Origin: Crocosphaera sp. XPORK-15E
GTDB lineage: Bacteria > Cyanobacteriota > Cyanobacteriia > Cyanobacteriales > Microcystaceae
Assembly (NCBI RefSeq): GCF_034931425.1
Contig: NZ_JAYGHQ010000013.1
Coordinates: 31,473 to 95,472, forward strand
Direction: 5' to 3'
DNA length: 64,000 nt
Of this stretch, positions 48,070 through 57,694 are shown piece after piece (positions within the stretch are counted from its first letter, which is position 1; the number at the start of each line of letters is the position of its first letter). The translations under genes were made by a program, and so were the position numbers. Below the pieces are notes generated by a model. The model made no database searches. It saw nothing but the letters and a program-made list of their open reading frames with translations, and was not told the DNA's origin.

Positions 48070-49812
48070 TTAAAATTCCTCCGAACCTTTGGCGTATTGT
48101 TGCTTATAAAACTTAGCATAACGTCCTTCTTTTGCTAACAACTCATCATGGGTTCCCGACTCTACAACTTGCCCCTTTTCTAACACTAAAATACAATCAG
48201 CACGACGCACCGTACTTAAACGGTGAGCAATGACAAAAACCGTGCGATTCTCCATTACCCTTTCTAATGCTTCTTGTACCAATGCTTCTGATTCAGAATC
48301 AAGGGCTGATGTCGCTTCATCTAATATCATAATACGGGGATTTAATAATACTGCCCTAGCGATCGCAATTCGTTGTCTTTGTCCCCCTGAGAGGTTAACG
48401 CCTCGTTCCCCTACCCAAGTATGATAGCCTTGAGATAACTGGACAATAAATGAATGAGCATTGGCAATTTTTGCTGCTGTTTCTATTGCTTCATAATCTA
48501 ATTCTTCCTGTCCATAAGCAATATTTTGGGCGATAGTTCCTGAAAATAAAGTTGTTTCTTGGGGAACTATACCAATTTGACGACGTAAACTTGTTAAAGT
48601 AACATCTTTAATATCAATACCATCAATTAAAATTTGTCCATCTTGGGGATCATAGAAACGAGGGAGTAAATTAACTAAGGTGGTTTTTCCTGCACCAGAT
48701 GAACCTACTAAAGCAATAATTTGACCTGGTTGCGCTAATAAAGTGAGATTTCTTAGAACAGGTTTATCTGATTTGTAAGCAAAACTAACATCAAAATATT
48801 CTACTTTTCCCGTCACTTGTGGCAAGATTAAGGCATTTTCTTTCTCGACAACTGTAGGGGTTTCTGCCATTAATTCAAAGATGCGGTCAACTGATGCTTC
48901 TGCTTGTTTAAACTCATTATAATTGCTGGTCATCAAATCAATAGGATGAAGCAAGATAGCAACGGCAGCTAAATAACTGACAAATTCTTCTGATCTTAAA
49001 TTACCTTGAGAAATTTGCCATCCCCCAATCAAAAAGAGGGACATAATACTGACTGCTTCTAAAAATCCTACCACCGGATATTGAGTCGCTTTTAATTTTT
49101 CTGCTTTATATCTTGCTTGACGATTTTGTTTGGCTTCTTGACTAAATCGTTTGACTTCATAATCTTGTCCCGCAAAAGCTTGAACTACACGAATACCACT
49201 AAAAACCTCGGTTAACAAGGCGGAAAGGTTAGAGATTTGATTTTGACTGCGACGGGATAAAATTAATAATTTTTCCCCAAACTGACCAACCAAAGTGGCC
49301 ATTAAAGGGGCTAAAATTAGACTCGCTACTGTTAACTGCCAGTTCAAATAAAACATATAGGCAGGAATCACAATTAATTGCAGTGCATTAGAAACAAATT
49401 GATGGGATAACTTGTCAACAATTTCCCCAATTTTATCAATATCTTCCGTTAAACGATAGGTGAGATCTCCCGTTTTGGCTGTTTCAAAATAATCTAAACC
49501 TAATTGATGTAAATGGGCATAAACACTCTTGCGAACATTTAAAACCATTTCTAAAGAAGCATCAATCATAAAGATATTTTGACCATATTGAAAAACACCC
49601 CTTACTAAAAAAGCTAAAGTTCCTAAACCTAACCAATAGGCTACTTGTTCAATATTACCTTGACCAATATATAAAGAAACTTGTCCCGCTAAAAAAGGTA
49701 AGGATAAAGTGACTGAGACAAAGCCTAAAATACAGAGTAAACCTTTAACTAATAAAGGCCATTGTGTCCATAAATAAGGTAATAATTGCCACCAATTTGA
49801 TCGTTGTTTCAT
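48070..49812 (-). CDS. ABC transporter with fused permease and ATPase, MsbA-like exporter
   Basis: 580 aa. Six N-terminal TM helices are followed by Walker A GSSGAGKTT, the signature LSGGQRQRIAIARA and Walker B ILDEATSALD. Confidence 0.85.
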   Translation of the reverse strand: MKQRSNWWQLLPYLWTQWPLLVKGLLCILGFVSVTLSLPFLAGQVSLYIGQGNIEQVAYWLGLGTLAFLVRGVFQYGQNIFMIDASLEMVLNVRKSVYAHLHQLGLDYFETAKTGDLTYRLTEDIDKIGEIVDKLSHQFVSNALQLIVIPAYMFYLNWQLTVASLILAPLMATLVGQFGEKLLILSRRSQNQISNLSALLTEVFSGIRVVQAFAGQDYEVKRFSQEAKQNRQARYKAEKLKATQYPVVGFLEAVSIMSLFLIGGWQISQGNLRSEEFVSYLAAVAILLHPIDLMTSNYNEFKQAEASVDRIFELMAETPTVVEKENALILPQVTGKVEYFDVSFAYKSDKPVLRNLTLLAQPGQIIALVGSSGAGKTTLVNLLPRFYDPQDGQILIDGIDIKDVTLTSLRRQIGIVPQETTLFSGTIAQNIAYGQEELDYEAIETAAKIANAHSFIVQLSQGYHTWVGERGVNLSGGQRQRIAIARAVLLNPRIMILDEATSALDSESEALVQEALERVMENRTVFVIAHRLSTVRRADCILVLEKGQVVESGTHDELLAKEGRYAKFYKQQYAKGSEEF

Positions 49813-49822
49813 CTTAATTATG

Positions 49823-51076
49823 TTAATTATTAATTATTAACTGATCTTCTGTTACTCCCAGATAGGTTAACAAAAAACGGGCAATTCTGACAGAAGCCCC
49901 CGGCGGGCCAAAACGATTTTTGCCTTGTTCGACACAATCGGCGAGATAATCCTTATCAGCGAGGGTTTTAGCCACACATTGAGCCGCTTCTCGCAAGGTT
50001 TCAGGAGTAGCGGGGCCCTTTCCGATAGTTTGAGCGCAACTGCCGATTAATCGCGTTTGTGCTTCGGCAAATTCGTAGGTGAATTGGGGGCCTTCCCCTG
50101 GTACTTGAATCACAGGTTTTCCCAGAGCAATGCCTTGATCAACGGCTAATCCTGCCATTCCTAACATTAAAGTACAGTTATGCAAAATATCATTAAAAGC
50201 ATCACCATAACACAAAACTTGAATAGTCCCTTTGTCTGTCTGATAGGTAAGTTTTCCATCTTCAGCTTGCCATCCTTGACTGTTAGCAATTTCCCCTAAT
50301 TCTTGCATTACTTTGGGAACTAAAGCGGCTCGAAATTGAACTTGTTCAGGGGACATGACTTTAACAATTTCTAAAATTAGATTTAGTTGTAATTTAAAAT
50401 TACGAACCGCTTCTGGTAATCTTGATCCTGGCAATAAAGCAACCATGGGAAGATCAGAATTTAAGTCTAAATCTTTGCCTGTTGGTTGCAGTTTGTCTAG
50501 GGAAGGAATTCCCCCAAATTGTGCTTTTGTGATGCCTTGTTTGCCTAAATCTTTTGCTGTATATGGATCTCTGGTAAATACCGTTAAACAACGTTTTGAA
50601 CGCAAAAAAGTTCCGATAAAAGGGCCAATATTTAACCTTCCTTCGTAGAGAGCAGACAGACAGGAAATAAAGGAAACATAGGGATAACCTGTCGAATAAG
50701 CAAACCCTTGGGAAACAGTGTCCCCTGTAGCCATAATTAAATCGCAAGTAGGGGCATATTGCCAAACTGCTTGTAATTGTTGCCAAGTTAACCCCACTAA
50801 CCCTGCTTTTAAGTCCGTCAGCAGACGTAAACGATTAATATAGGAAAACCCCCCAGAAGGCATATTTTGGGTAGGGCCAATGATCGGGACATTTAAGCGA
50901 CGGTAGGCGTTTCCTTCCCCCACAATGGGCATTGCGGCTACTTCTAAATTAGGATACATTTGTAGTAGGGTTTCAATGACGTATGACGAGTGATTATCCT
51001 CTCCATGACCATTGCTGATAAATAATATTCGTTTAGAGGGTGACGACATAGGGTAGTTTCCTTGGAAATTTTTCAA
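49823..51076 (-). CDS. Lipid-A-disaccharide synthase-related glycosyltransferase (LpxB-like), paralogue 2
   Basis: 417 aa, roughly half identical to 17328-18533 (SNGHGEDN...MPIVGEGNAY...LPGSR). Confidence 0.75.
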   Translation of the reverse strand: MKNFQGNYPMSSPSKRILFISNGHGEDNHSSYVIETLLQMYPNLEVAAMPIVGEGNAYRRLNVPIIGPTQNMPSGGFSYINRLRLLTDLKAGLVGLTWQQLQAVWQYAPTCDLIMATGDTVSQGFAYSTGYPYVSFISCLSALYEGRLNIGPFIGTFLRSKRCLTVFTRDPYTAKDLGKQGITKAQFGGIPSLDKLQPTGKDLDLNSDLPMVALLPGSRLPEAVRNFKLQLNLILEIVKVMSPEQVQFRAALVPKVMQELGEIANSQGWQAEDGKLTYQTDKGTIQVLCYGDAFNDILHNCTLMLGMAGLAVDQGIALGKPVIQVPGEGPQFTYEFAEAQTRLIGSCAQTIGKGPATPETLREAAQCVAKTLADKDYLADCVEQGKNRFGPPGASVRIARFLLTYLGVTEDQLIINN

Positions 51077-51626
51077 TAGTTAATATTTAACCCTAAATCT
51101 CGAAGTTACAGGCTAAAAAATACAAAAAGTCAGTTAAGATTGTCTGTGGGTTTGTTTTTCTATTCTTGAGAATTAGGTAATCTATCCAGATTTCGTTCCA
51201 TTTGTCAAGGCTCAGTTTTACAAATCTTAATATAAGTAATTATGTATTAGTTGGAATAGGGTGTTAAATGCTCTTGGAACCGGATCATTGCTTAGTGAAG
51301 AAAAAAGAAAAGTAAGGACAAAACAACGCAATGTAGAGGGTTTCAGGCGTTAAATCTTGATTTTTAGACGGATTTCCACCTAATAACATTAGTATATCAC
51401 ATTCTGAAAATAGCCGAAATCTCATTTTAGGGCAAATTTCGAGAAAAGTGGGCAAAATCAGTTCATTGTAAAGTTAGGTGAAGCATTTAAACTGATTGAG
51501 ATAAATCATAGTTAACTTACTTTTTAATCAGTTTAACTCATATATGAGGCAAGCGATCGCCCAACTTATTCATAATAAAAATTAAGTTTGTTAAGGAAAA
51601 TTCTGATTAATAGTTATTTTTTTGTC

Positions 51627-51648
51627 GGGGCATAGAAAATTATGCCCC
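51627..51648 (-). terminator. Hairpin GGGGCATA-GAAAATT-TATGCCCC just downstream of ccaA
   Basis: The stem is a perfect 8 bp; the adjacent tract is A-rich rather than U-rich on the transcribed strand. Confidence 0.3.
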
Positions 51649-51665
51649 TCAATTCCGTCAGAAGA

Positions 51666-52493
51666 TCAATGAGATCCCCGATAAATGCGTTGAGCTTGTT
51701 CTGGGGGAAAATGTTCATATCCTGGCAGTGAAGACCCATTATTGCCGTTATTCGTCTCTTTTATTCCCTTACCATTCCGGGTAGGGGTGGAGACAGTGGA
51801 AACTTTAAACACTGATGAAGCAGGAACAGGACAAGTGGGATGAAAATTATACTCCGGTTCGGGATACAGCAGACGACTTTGGGGAGGGACAAAATCATGA
51901 GAAAGAGGGTCATATTCCAAGACTTCCCCGCTTTCAAGGCGATAAATCCAACCATGTAAGGTTAAATTGCCTTGATGTAAACGGGAACGAATGACGGGAT
52001 AGGTTTGCAAATTTTCCAGTTGAGTCAGCACATTTTCAGCCACTGTCACTTCTAAAAGTTCTTCCCCTTCTAAATTACTGTAATTATCTTTAATAAGTTG
52101 TCTAGTCGCTTCTGCGTGCTTTAACCAATTATAAACTAGGGGCATTTTTTCCTCTAGACTACTCAATTTAAGTAACCCTTTCATGGCACCACAATGGGAA
52201 TGACCACAAACAATCACTTGTTCAATGTTTAAAGCAGAAATTGCATATTCGATCGCGGCCCCTTCCCCACCATTCGCGGCCCCAAAGGGAGGAATAATAT
52301 TACCCGCATTACGAATGACAAAGAGTTCTCCTACTTGCGCTTGTGTAATTAAATTGGGATCGATACGGGAGTCAGAACAGGTAATAAAAAGAATACGGGG
52401 ATGTTGTCCGTGAGATAATTCTTCAAACAGTTCACGATGAGAACTAAAATAACCTGTTTGGAACTTTTGTAGTCCCTCAATTAGCTTTTTCAT
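51666..52493 (-). CDS. ccaA: Beta-carbonic anhydrase, carboxysomal type
   Basis: 275 aa, closely matching Synechocystis CcaA/IcfA across its length, for example HPRILFITCSDSRIDPNLIT and VCGHSHCGAMKGLL. Confidence 0.85.
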   Translation of the reverse strand: MKKLIEGLQKFQTGYFSSHRELFEELSHGQHPRILFITCSDSRIDPNLITQAQVGELFVIRNAGNIIPPFGAANGGEGAAIEYAISALNIEQVIVCGHSHCGAMKGLLKLSSLEEKMPLVYNWLKHAEATRQLIKDNYSNLEGEELLEVTVAENVLTQLENLQTYPVIRSRLHQGNLTLHGWIYRLESGEVLEYDPLSHDFVPPQSRLLYPEPEYNFHPTCPVPASSVFKVSTVSTPTRNGKGIKETNNGNNGSSLPGYEHFPPEQAQRIYRGSH

Positions 52494-52694
52494 AAGGAAA
52501 GTGGATATGTTTACTTAATTTAGCTTTAGTCTTTAATCTGTTTTTGATTATCCTATAACTTGGCTCTTTTGTATAGTGTAATCTCAGTTTAAGTTCTGTA
52601 AAAAATAGTTAAGTTATCTCGGTAGGGATAATTCATGAATTATCCCGACACAACACAATTTATAGATAGATTGAGGAAATTATAATCTATTGGA

Positions 52695-53825
52695 CTAACC
52701 ATTAACAATAATTAATTGAGAGGTTAGAAAACGGTTCATCCACCCTTCTAAATAGGCACGATTTTCTTTTTTTTGTTGGAGATCATTGGTATTCAAAGGA
52801 TAAGGGGCCAACCCTTTAATAGCAGCCGTTGTTACACAAAACATTGATTTTTGAAAGCTTTGACAAATTTGAACCAATAAGTCATCTTCTTGACGAAAAC
52901 TTTGGCGATAAATATCATGAAGATAGTCAGGTAAATAATGACGCATATCCTGCATTAATAGGGTTGGGGGAATACCTGCACCACCAACAGGTAAGGGATC
53001 TGCATATAAGGCCCCGTAAGTAAAAATAGCTTGTTCCGAGGGTATTTGATAGGCTTGAGCATTATAAGAAATGGTACCAGGAAAGGGAGTTCCTCGGAAG
53101 AAGATGGCTTCTACATAGGGAACAGCAGTATCCATTAAAAAGGTTAATTCTGCTGATTTTGGTAAGATATCATAGACCTTATCTTGTATTTTTACTTGAT
53201 AAGTAATGGGCTTATTAGCATCTTTAACTAACCCATCTAAAATATGTTGAACAACATCAGGAATTGACTTAATTTCTCCTTGATCATAGCGATCAGATAA
53301 GGATAAGAACATATCGGCCATAACTCGCCAAAATTGCCCCAAACCACTATAATAAGACATCATTCTCATGTGTTCAGGCAAAAATTCAGGAAAGGCTTTA
53401 TGCAGTCCTAACATTAAAAAATTGTTCTTAAATTTAGCTTGAATTACCTTCTCAACATTTTGTTTAAATTCAAGGATATCTAAGTAAGCATCTAACTCTC
53501 CTCCGCCATGCCACATCATCGCTTTCATACAGTATTCTGCATATTCAAAATTAATGCGATCGTGGTTCCAATGATGCCATAATTTATTGAAAGAAAACTC
53601 CCCATTAAAATATTTAAAAAAGGGAAATAAGACTAAAAATTGATGCTCGGCAATATAAATAAGATTACGGGAATAAGCATCTAATATCACCCCATAACTC
53701 TTAAGAATACCTACTACTTCCAGTACATTTCGCGGAGAGTCTTTGAGTAAGGCATCTCCCCTTTCCAGACGATAGATATACTCAGCAAGGGGGTGACGGG
53801 AAGCTTCTATTTGTATACTAACCAT
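52695..53825 (-). CDS. CO2 hydration protein of the ChpX/ChpY (CupA/CupB) family
   Basis: 376 aa. The N-terminus HPLAEYIYRLERGDALLKDSPRNVLEVVGILKSYGVILDAY and its length fit ChpXY. Confidence 0.7.
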   Translation of the reverse strand: MVSIQIEASRHPLAEYIYRLERGDALLKDSPRNVLEVVGILKSYGVILDAYSRNLIYIAEHQFLVLFPFFKYFNGEFSFNKLWHHWNHDRINFEYAEYCMKAMMWHGGGELDAYLDILEFKQNVEKVIQAKFKNNFLMLGLHKAFPEFLPEHMRMMSYYSGLGQFWRVMADMFLSLSDRYDQGEIKSIPDVVQHILDGLVKDANKPITYQVKIQDKVYDILPKSAELTFLMDTAVPYVEAIFFRGTPFPGTISYNAQAYQIPSEQAIFTYGALYADPLPVGGAGIPPTLLMQDMRHYLPDYLHDIYRQSFRQEDDLLVQICQSFQKSMFCVTTAAIKGLAPYPLNTNDLQQKKENRAYLEGWMNRFLTSQLIIVNG

Positions 53826-53976
53826 AATTTACTTATCTCTTATTCAGTTCTTCAGTCTAATCTTTCCATTATTCCATTATTATTGCATTTTAGGAAACTA
53901 TTTTGATAAAGGGAACAGGTTAATTTGATAATTTATGTGTGTACTCACTTATCAATGAATAATGAATAATTCTTAC

Positions 53977-56898
53977 TTATTTAGCTTCCATCCAATTTTT
54001 ACCATGATGAATTTCTACTAATAAAGGAACAGTTAAATTAACAGCATTTTCCATAGTATTTTTAATTTTAGGCTGTAATTCTTCCCATTCTTGAGGCGGT
54101 ACTTCAAACACTAATTCATCATGAACTTGTAACAATAATCTAGCTTGATAATTAGCTAAAATTTTCTGAATTTTTACCATAGCAATTTTAATAATATCAG
54201 CACTTGATCCTTGAATGGGAGCATTAGCAGCGGCCCTTAATAATTGAGCATCAGTATAATTCAAATTTAACTGCTCTAAATTAATGGTTTTAGGAGCATG
54301 GCCACGAAACTGATATAAACTATTTGTACTAAATTTAAAATAACGCCTTCTGCCTAAAATTGTTGTCACATATCCATTAGCGATCGCTTCTTTTTTCATA
54401 GTTTCTAAATACTCAAATACCTGGGCATAGCGTTGACGATATTTATTAATAAATTCTTTGCCTTCTGCCGCACTTACCCCCGCTTCTCTGGCAAATCTTT
54501 GGGCCCCCATGCCATAAATTACACCAAAGTTAATAGTTTTACCTAAATTTCGTTCTGCTGATGTAATATTATCCTTTTCAAATAACAGTTTTGCTGTCAC
54601 ACTATGGACATCTTGACTATTTTTATAGGCATCTAATAAAACTGGTTCTTGACTTAAATGGGCTAAAATTCTTAATTCAATTTGAGAATAATCTGCGGAG
54701 ACTAATAACCATCCTTCTTGGGGAAGAAATGCTTGTCTAATTTTACGAGAAAATTCGGTTCTGATCGGAATATTTTGTAAATTAGGATTAGAAGAAGATA
54801 GTCTTCCTGTTGCGGTTACAGACTGATTAAAATTCGTGTGTATTCGGTTAGTTTTTGCATCAACTAATTCAGGTAAAGCATCTACATAAGTTGATTTTAA
54901 TTTAGATAAAGTTCGATAGTCTAAAATATAATCAATGATCGGATGATCGCCTTGTAATTTTTCTAATGTAGCATGATCAGTCGAGTATCCTGTTTTTGTT
55001 TTGCGAGATTTTTTGCGGTTTAATTCTAATTTTTCAAAAAGAATTTCTCCTAATTGTTTTGGCGATCCTAAATTAAAGTTTTCTCCCGCTTCGTGATATG
55101 CTTGCTGTTCAATAATGTTTAAATTTTCTTCTAATTGTTGAGATAATTTTCCTAAGTATTCTGTGTCAATTATAATCCCTTGATCTTCCATGGCCGCTAA
55201 CACGGGTTCTAAGGGTTGTTCGACTTCTAATAATAAGGTTTCAAGCTCAGAAGTTTGGGCTAATTTAGCTTTTAAGGGTTCTACTAATAACCAAGTAGAA
55301 TAAGCATCTATACCACAATAATCAGCCACAGTTTCAAGATCAAGGTCGGCAATAGTTTTATTTTTTGCAATACCTAATTCATTATAATTTTGAGAGGTAA
55401 TATCAGACAAATATTGTTGACATAAATCACTCAATTTATGACTGCCTTCCGGATCAATAACATAACTCGCTAACATAGTATCAAAAACTACCCCATCTAA
55501 CTTAATTCCCTGATGGTGTAAAATGAGACGATCAAACTTTGTATTCTGAAAAACCTTGGGATATTTATTACTTTCTAAAATCGTTCTTAATCTTTCTAAA
55601 ACTTGTTCTTTTTTGAGTTGTTCTCCCTGTTTATGTCCCACAGGAATATAGGCAACATCAGTGGGTTTATTTCCCCAACAACAACCAATTCCTACTAAGT
55701 CTGCTTGTCTCGGATTTAAGTCCGTTGTTTCTGTATCCCAAGCCACCGGAAAAGCAGAATTAGTCTGTTTAAGCAGAATTTCAACTAACTCATCTAACTG
55801 GGGTTTACTTGTAATAATTTGAGGATTAATTGAAGAATTTCTCTGCTTTTTTTCAATAGCTATATATTTCTTTTCTTCAGAAGATAATGAGTCAAAAATT
55901 GATAGTTGTTTGGGTTGATTATCATCAAATATTTTTGACTCTTTTGGTAGTTCTATTTGTACTTGTCCCCCAAATTGTTGCTGTAATTGATTGATTTTTT
56001 TTAAGAACTTTTTTAATTCCAGTTTTTCAAGTACAGGTTGTAATAAATCAAGATTAAACCCTTTAAGTTTACAATTTTCTAAAGTCAGATCAAGGGGAAC
56101 ATTAACAATTATTTCAGCTAAATAACGGGAATGTTCAGCGTCTTTTACTCCTTCCTTTAACTTCTTCTGGTTAGCCCCTTTAATTTGCTCAAGATTTTGA
56201 TAAATCTTCTCAAGATTACCATATTCAGTTAATAACTTAACTGCTGTTTTTTCCCCTATACCTCGCACCCCAGGAATATTATCTGATTTATCACCACACA
56301 AAGCTTTATAATCAATAACTTGAGTCGGTTTAACCCCTAATTTTTCTTCGACAGATGCTTCGTTAAACAGGGTATATCCTTCCCCTGTAGAACTTTTAAT
56401 GGCATTTCTTTCTAAATAAAGAACATTAATATTATGCTGATCATCTACTAATTGAAAAAGATCCCGATCGCCACTAACAATGATCACCCGATAACCTGAC
56501 TCACTAGCTTTTTTAGCCAGGGTTCCTAAAACATCATCCGCTTCATATCCAGGGGCAGTAACAATGATTAAATTTAACGCCTCTAATAAGTCTTGTAAAT
56601 TTTTCACATCAGGAATAAAATCCTCTGGTGTTTCCTGTCGATCAGCCTTATAATTAATGTCAGCTTTATGACGAAATGTAGGTTCTTTGAGATCAAAAGC
56701 AATCGCCATATATTGAGGTTTCTGAGACTCAATCACTTGGATTAAAGAATTGAGAAACCCAAAGCAAACACTGGTGGGAATGCCTGTGGAAGTCCGCAAA
56801 GGCCCTGTTCTAGCTTTGGCAAAAGCATAATAGGCACGAAAGGCCAAAGAATGACCATCAACGAGAAGAAACAGGGGTAAGGTTGGCTGAGGTTGCAT
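53977..56898 (-). CDS. polA: DNA polymerase I
   Basis: 973 aa with 5'-3' exonuclease, 3'-5' exonuclease-like and polymerase motifs (DYSQIELRILAHLS, KTINFGVIYGMG, QVHDELVFE). Confidence 0.9.
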   Translation of the reverse strand: MQPQPTLPLFLLVDGHSLAFRAYYAFAKARTGPLRTSTGIPTSVCFGFLNSLIQVIESQKPQYMAIAFDLKEPTFRHKADINYKADRQETPEDFIPDVKNLQDLLEALNLIIVTAPGYEADDVLGTLAKKASESGYRVIIVSGDRDLFQLVDDQHNINVLYLERNAIKSSTGEGYTLFNEASVEEKLGVKPTQVIDYKALCGDKSDNIPGVRGIGEKTAVKLLTEYGNLEKIYQNLEQIKGANQKKLKEGVKDAEHSRYLAEIIVNVPLDLTLENCKLKGFNLDLLQPVLEKLELKKFLKKINQLQQQFGGQVQIELPKESKIFDDNQPKQLSIFDSLSSEEKKYIAIEKKQRNSSINPQIITSKPQLDELVEILLKQTNSAFPVAWDTETTDLNPRQADLVGIGCCWGNKPTDVAYIPVGHKQGEQLKKEQVLERLRTILESNKYPKVFQNTKFDRLILHHQGIKLDGVVFDTMLASYVIDPEGSHKLSDLCQQYLSDITSQNYNELGIAKNKTIADLDLETVADYCGIDAYSTWLLVEPLKAKLAQTSELETLLLEVEQPLEPVLAAMEDQGIIIDTEYLGKLSQQLEENLNIIEQQAYHEAGENFNLGSPKQLGEILFEKLELNRKKSRKTKTGYSTDHATLEKLQGDHPIIDYILDYRTLSKLKSTYVDALPELVDAKTNRIHTNFNQSVTATGRLSSSNPNLQNIPIRTEFSRKIRQAFLPQEGWLLVSADYSQIELRILAHLSQEPVLLDAYKNSQDVHSVTAKLLFEKDNITSAERNLGKTINFGVIYGMGAQRFAREAGVSAAEGKEFINKYRQRYAQVFEYLETMKKEAIANGYVTTILGRRRYFKFSTNSLYQFRGHAPKTINLEQLNLNYTDAQLLRAAANAPIQGSSADIIKIAMVKIQKILANYQARLLLQVHDELVFEVPPQEWEELQPKIKNTMENAVNLTVPLLVEIHHGKNWMEAK

Positions 56899-57175
56899 TA
56901 TTAAAATGGGTGATAATCTATCAAAGACTAAGAAAGCAACTCGTATTTATGTACTATACCATAATTGTGTTATTGGGTAACATCTCTCCTTAATCTTCCA
57001 TGTTTGGGCAATTTTTTAGAAATTTTTGCTTTGAGATGTTACTTTTTTTTGCAATATGGGTACTCTAATCATCAACTAGATCTGATCTGACTTAAAGTCA
57101 TTGTCTTTATGACATTAAAGATCTTAGCAAACTTTTACCAATTTTAGACATTTTTATCCTAAACTAACAAAGTCA

Positions 57176-57694
57176 ATGAAAACCATCAACAAAAAAATTT
57201 GTTTATTAGGTCATTTTCATGCAGGAAAAACCAGCCTAGTGATTCAATTCCTGGAAAAGAGATTTCAAAATTATTATGGGGCTGATCTTGGGGTAAAAAT
57301 TTTTGAAACTTGCCACCAATTTCATGAAGATCAAACCCTGAATTTATCTATTTGGGATATTGCTGGTTCAGTAGATGAATATTTTCCTAACCCAGTTTAT
57401 TTAGCAGGAACCCACGGAGTAATAATTGTGACAGATATCAGTCAAACTGATGCCTTAGATCATGTTAACAGCTATTTACATTGGCTTGATACTCTGACTG
57501 ATATTCCCCTAAAAATTGCTATTGCTTTAAATAAATGTGATTTAATAGATACGGCTGATTTATCCCTTGATTATTTCCCAACTAATCCCTTAGTTATTAA
57601 AACTTACGAAACTTCAGCCAAGACAGGAAAAAATGTTAATATAATTTTTCAAGAGCTATTTAATCACTTATGGGATTCCCCGTCAATACCATGA
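57176..57694 (+). CDS. Ras-like small GTPase
   Basis: 172 aa. G1 is LLGHFHAGKTSL, G3 is WDIAGS and G4 is LNKCDL. It overlaps the next gene by 25 nt. Confidence 0.7.
   Translation: MKTINKKICLLGHFHAGKTSLVIQFLEKRFQNYYGADLGVKIFETCHQFHEDQTLNLSIWDIAGSVDEYFPNPVYLAGTHGVIIVTDISQTDALDHVNSYLHWLDTLTDIPLKIAIALNKCDLIDTADLSLDYFPTNPLVIKTYETSAKTGKNVNIIFQELFNHLWDSPSIP

Noticed and set aside
48230-53023. Track ORFs 48230-48424, 50355-50648, 50454-50786, 51761-51955, 52225-52413 and 52829-53023
   Set aside because: They are shadow ORFs inside the ABC exporter, lpxB-like paralogue 2, ccaA and chpX/Y genes.
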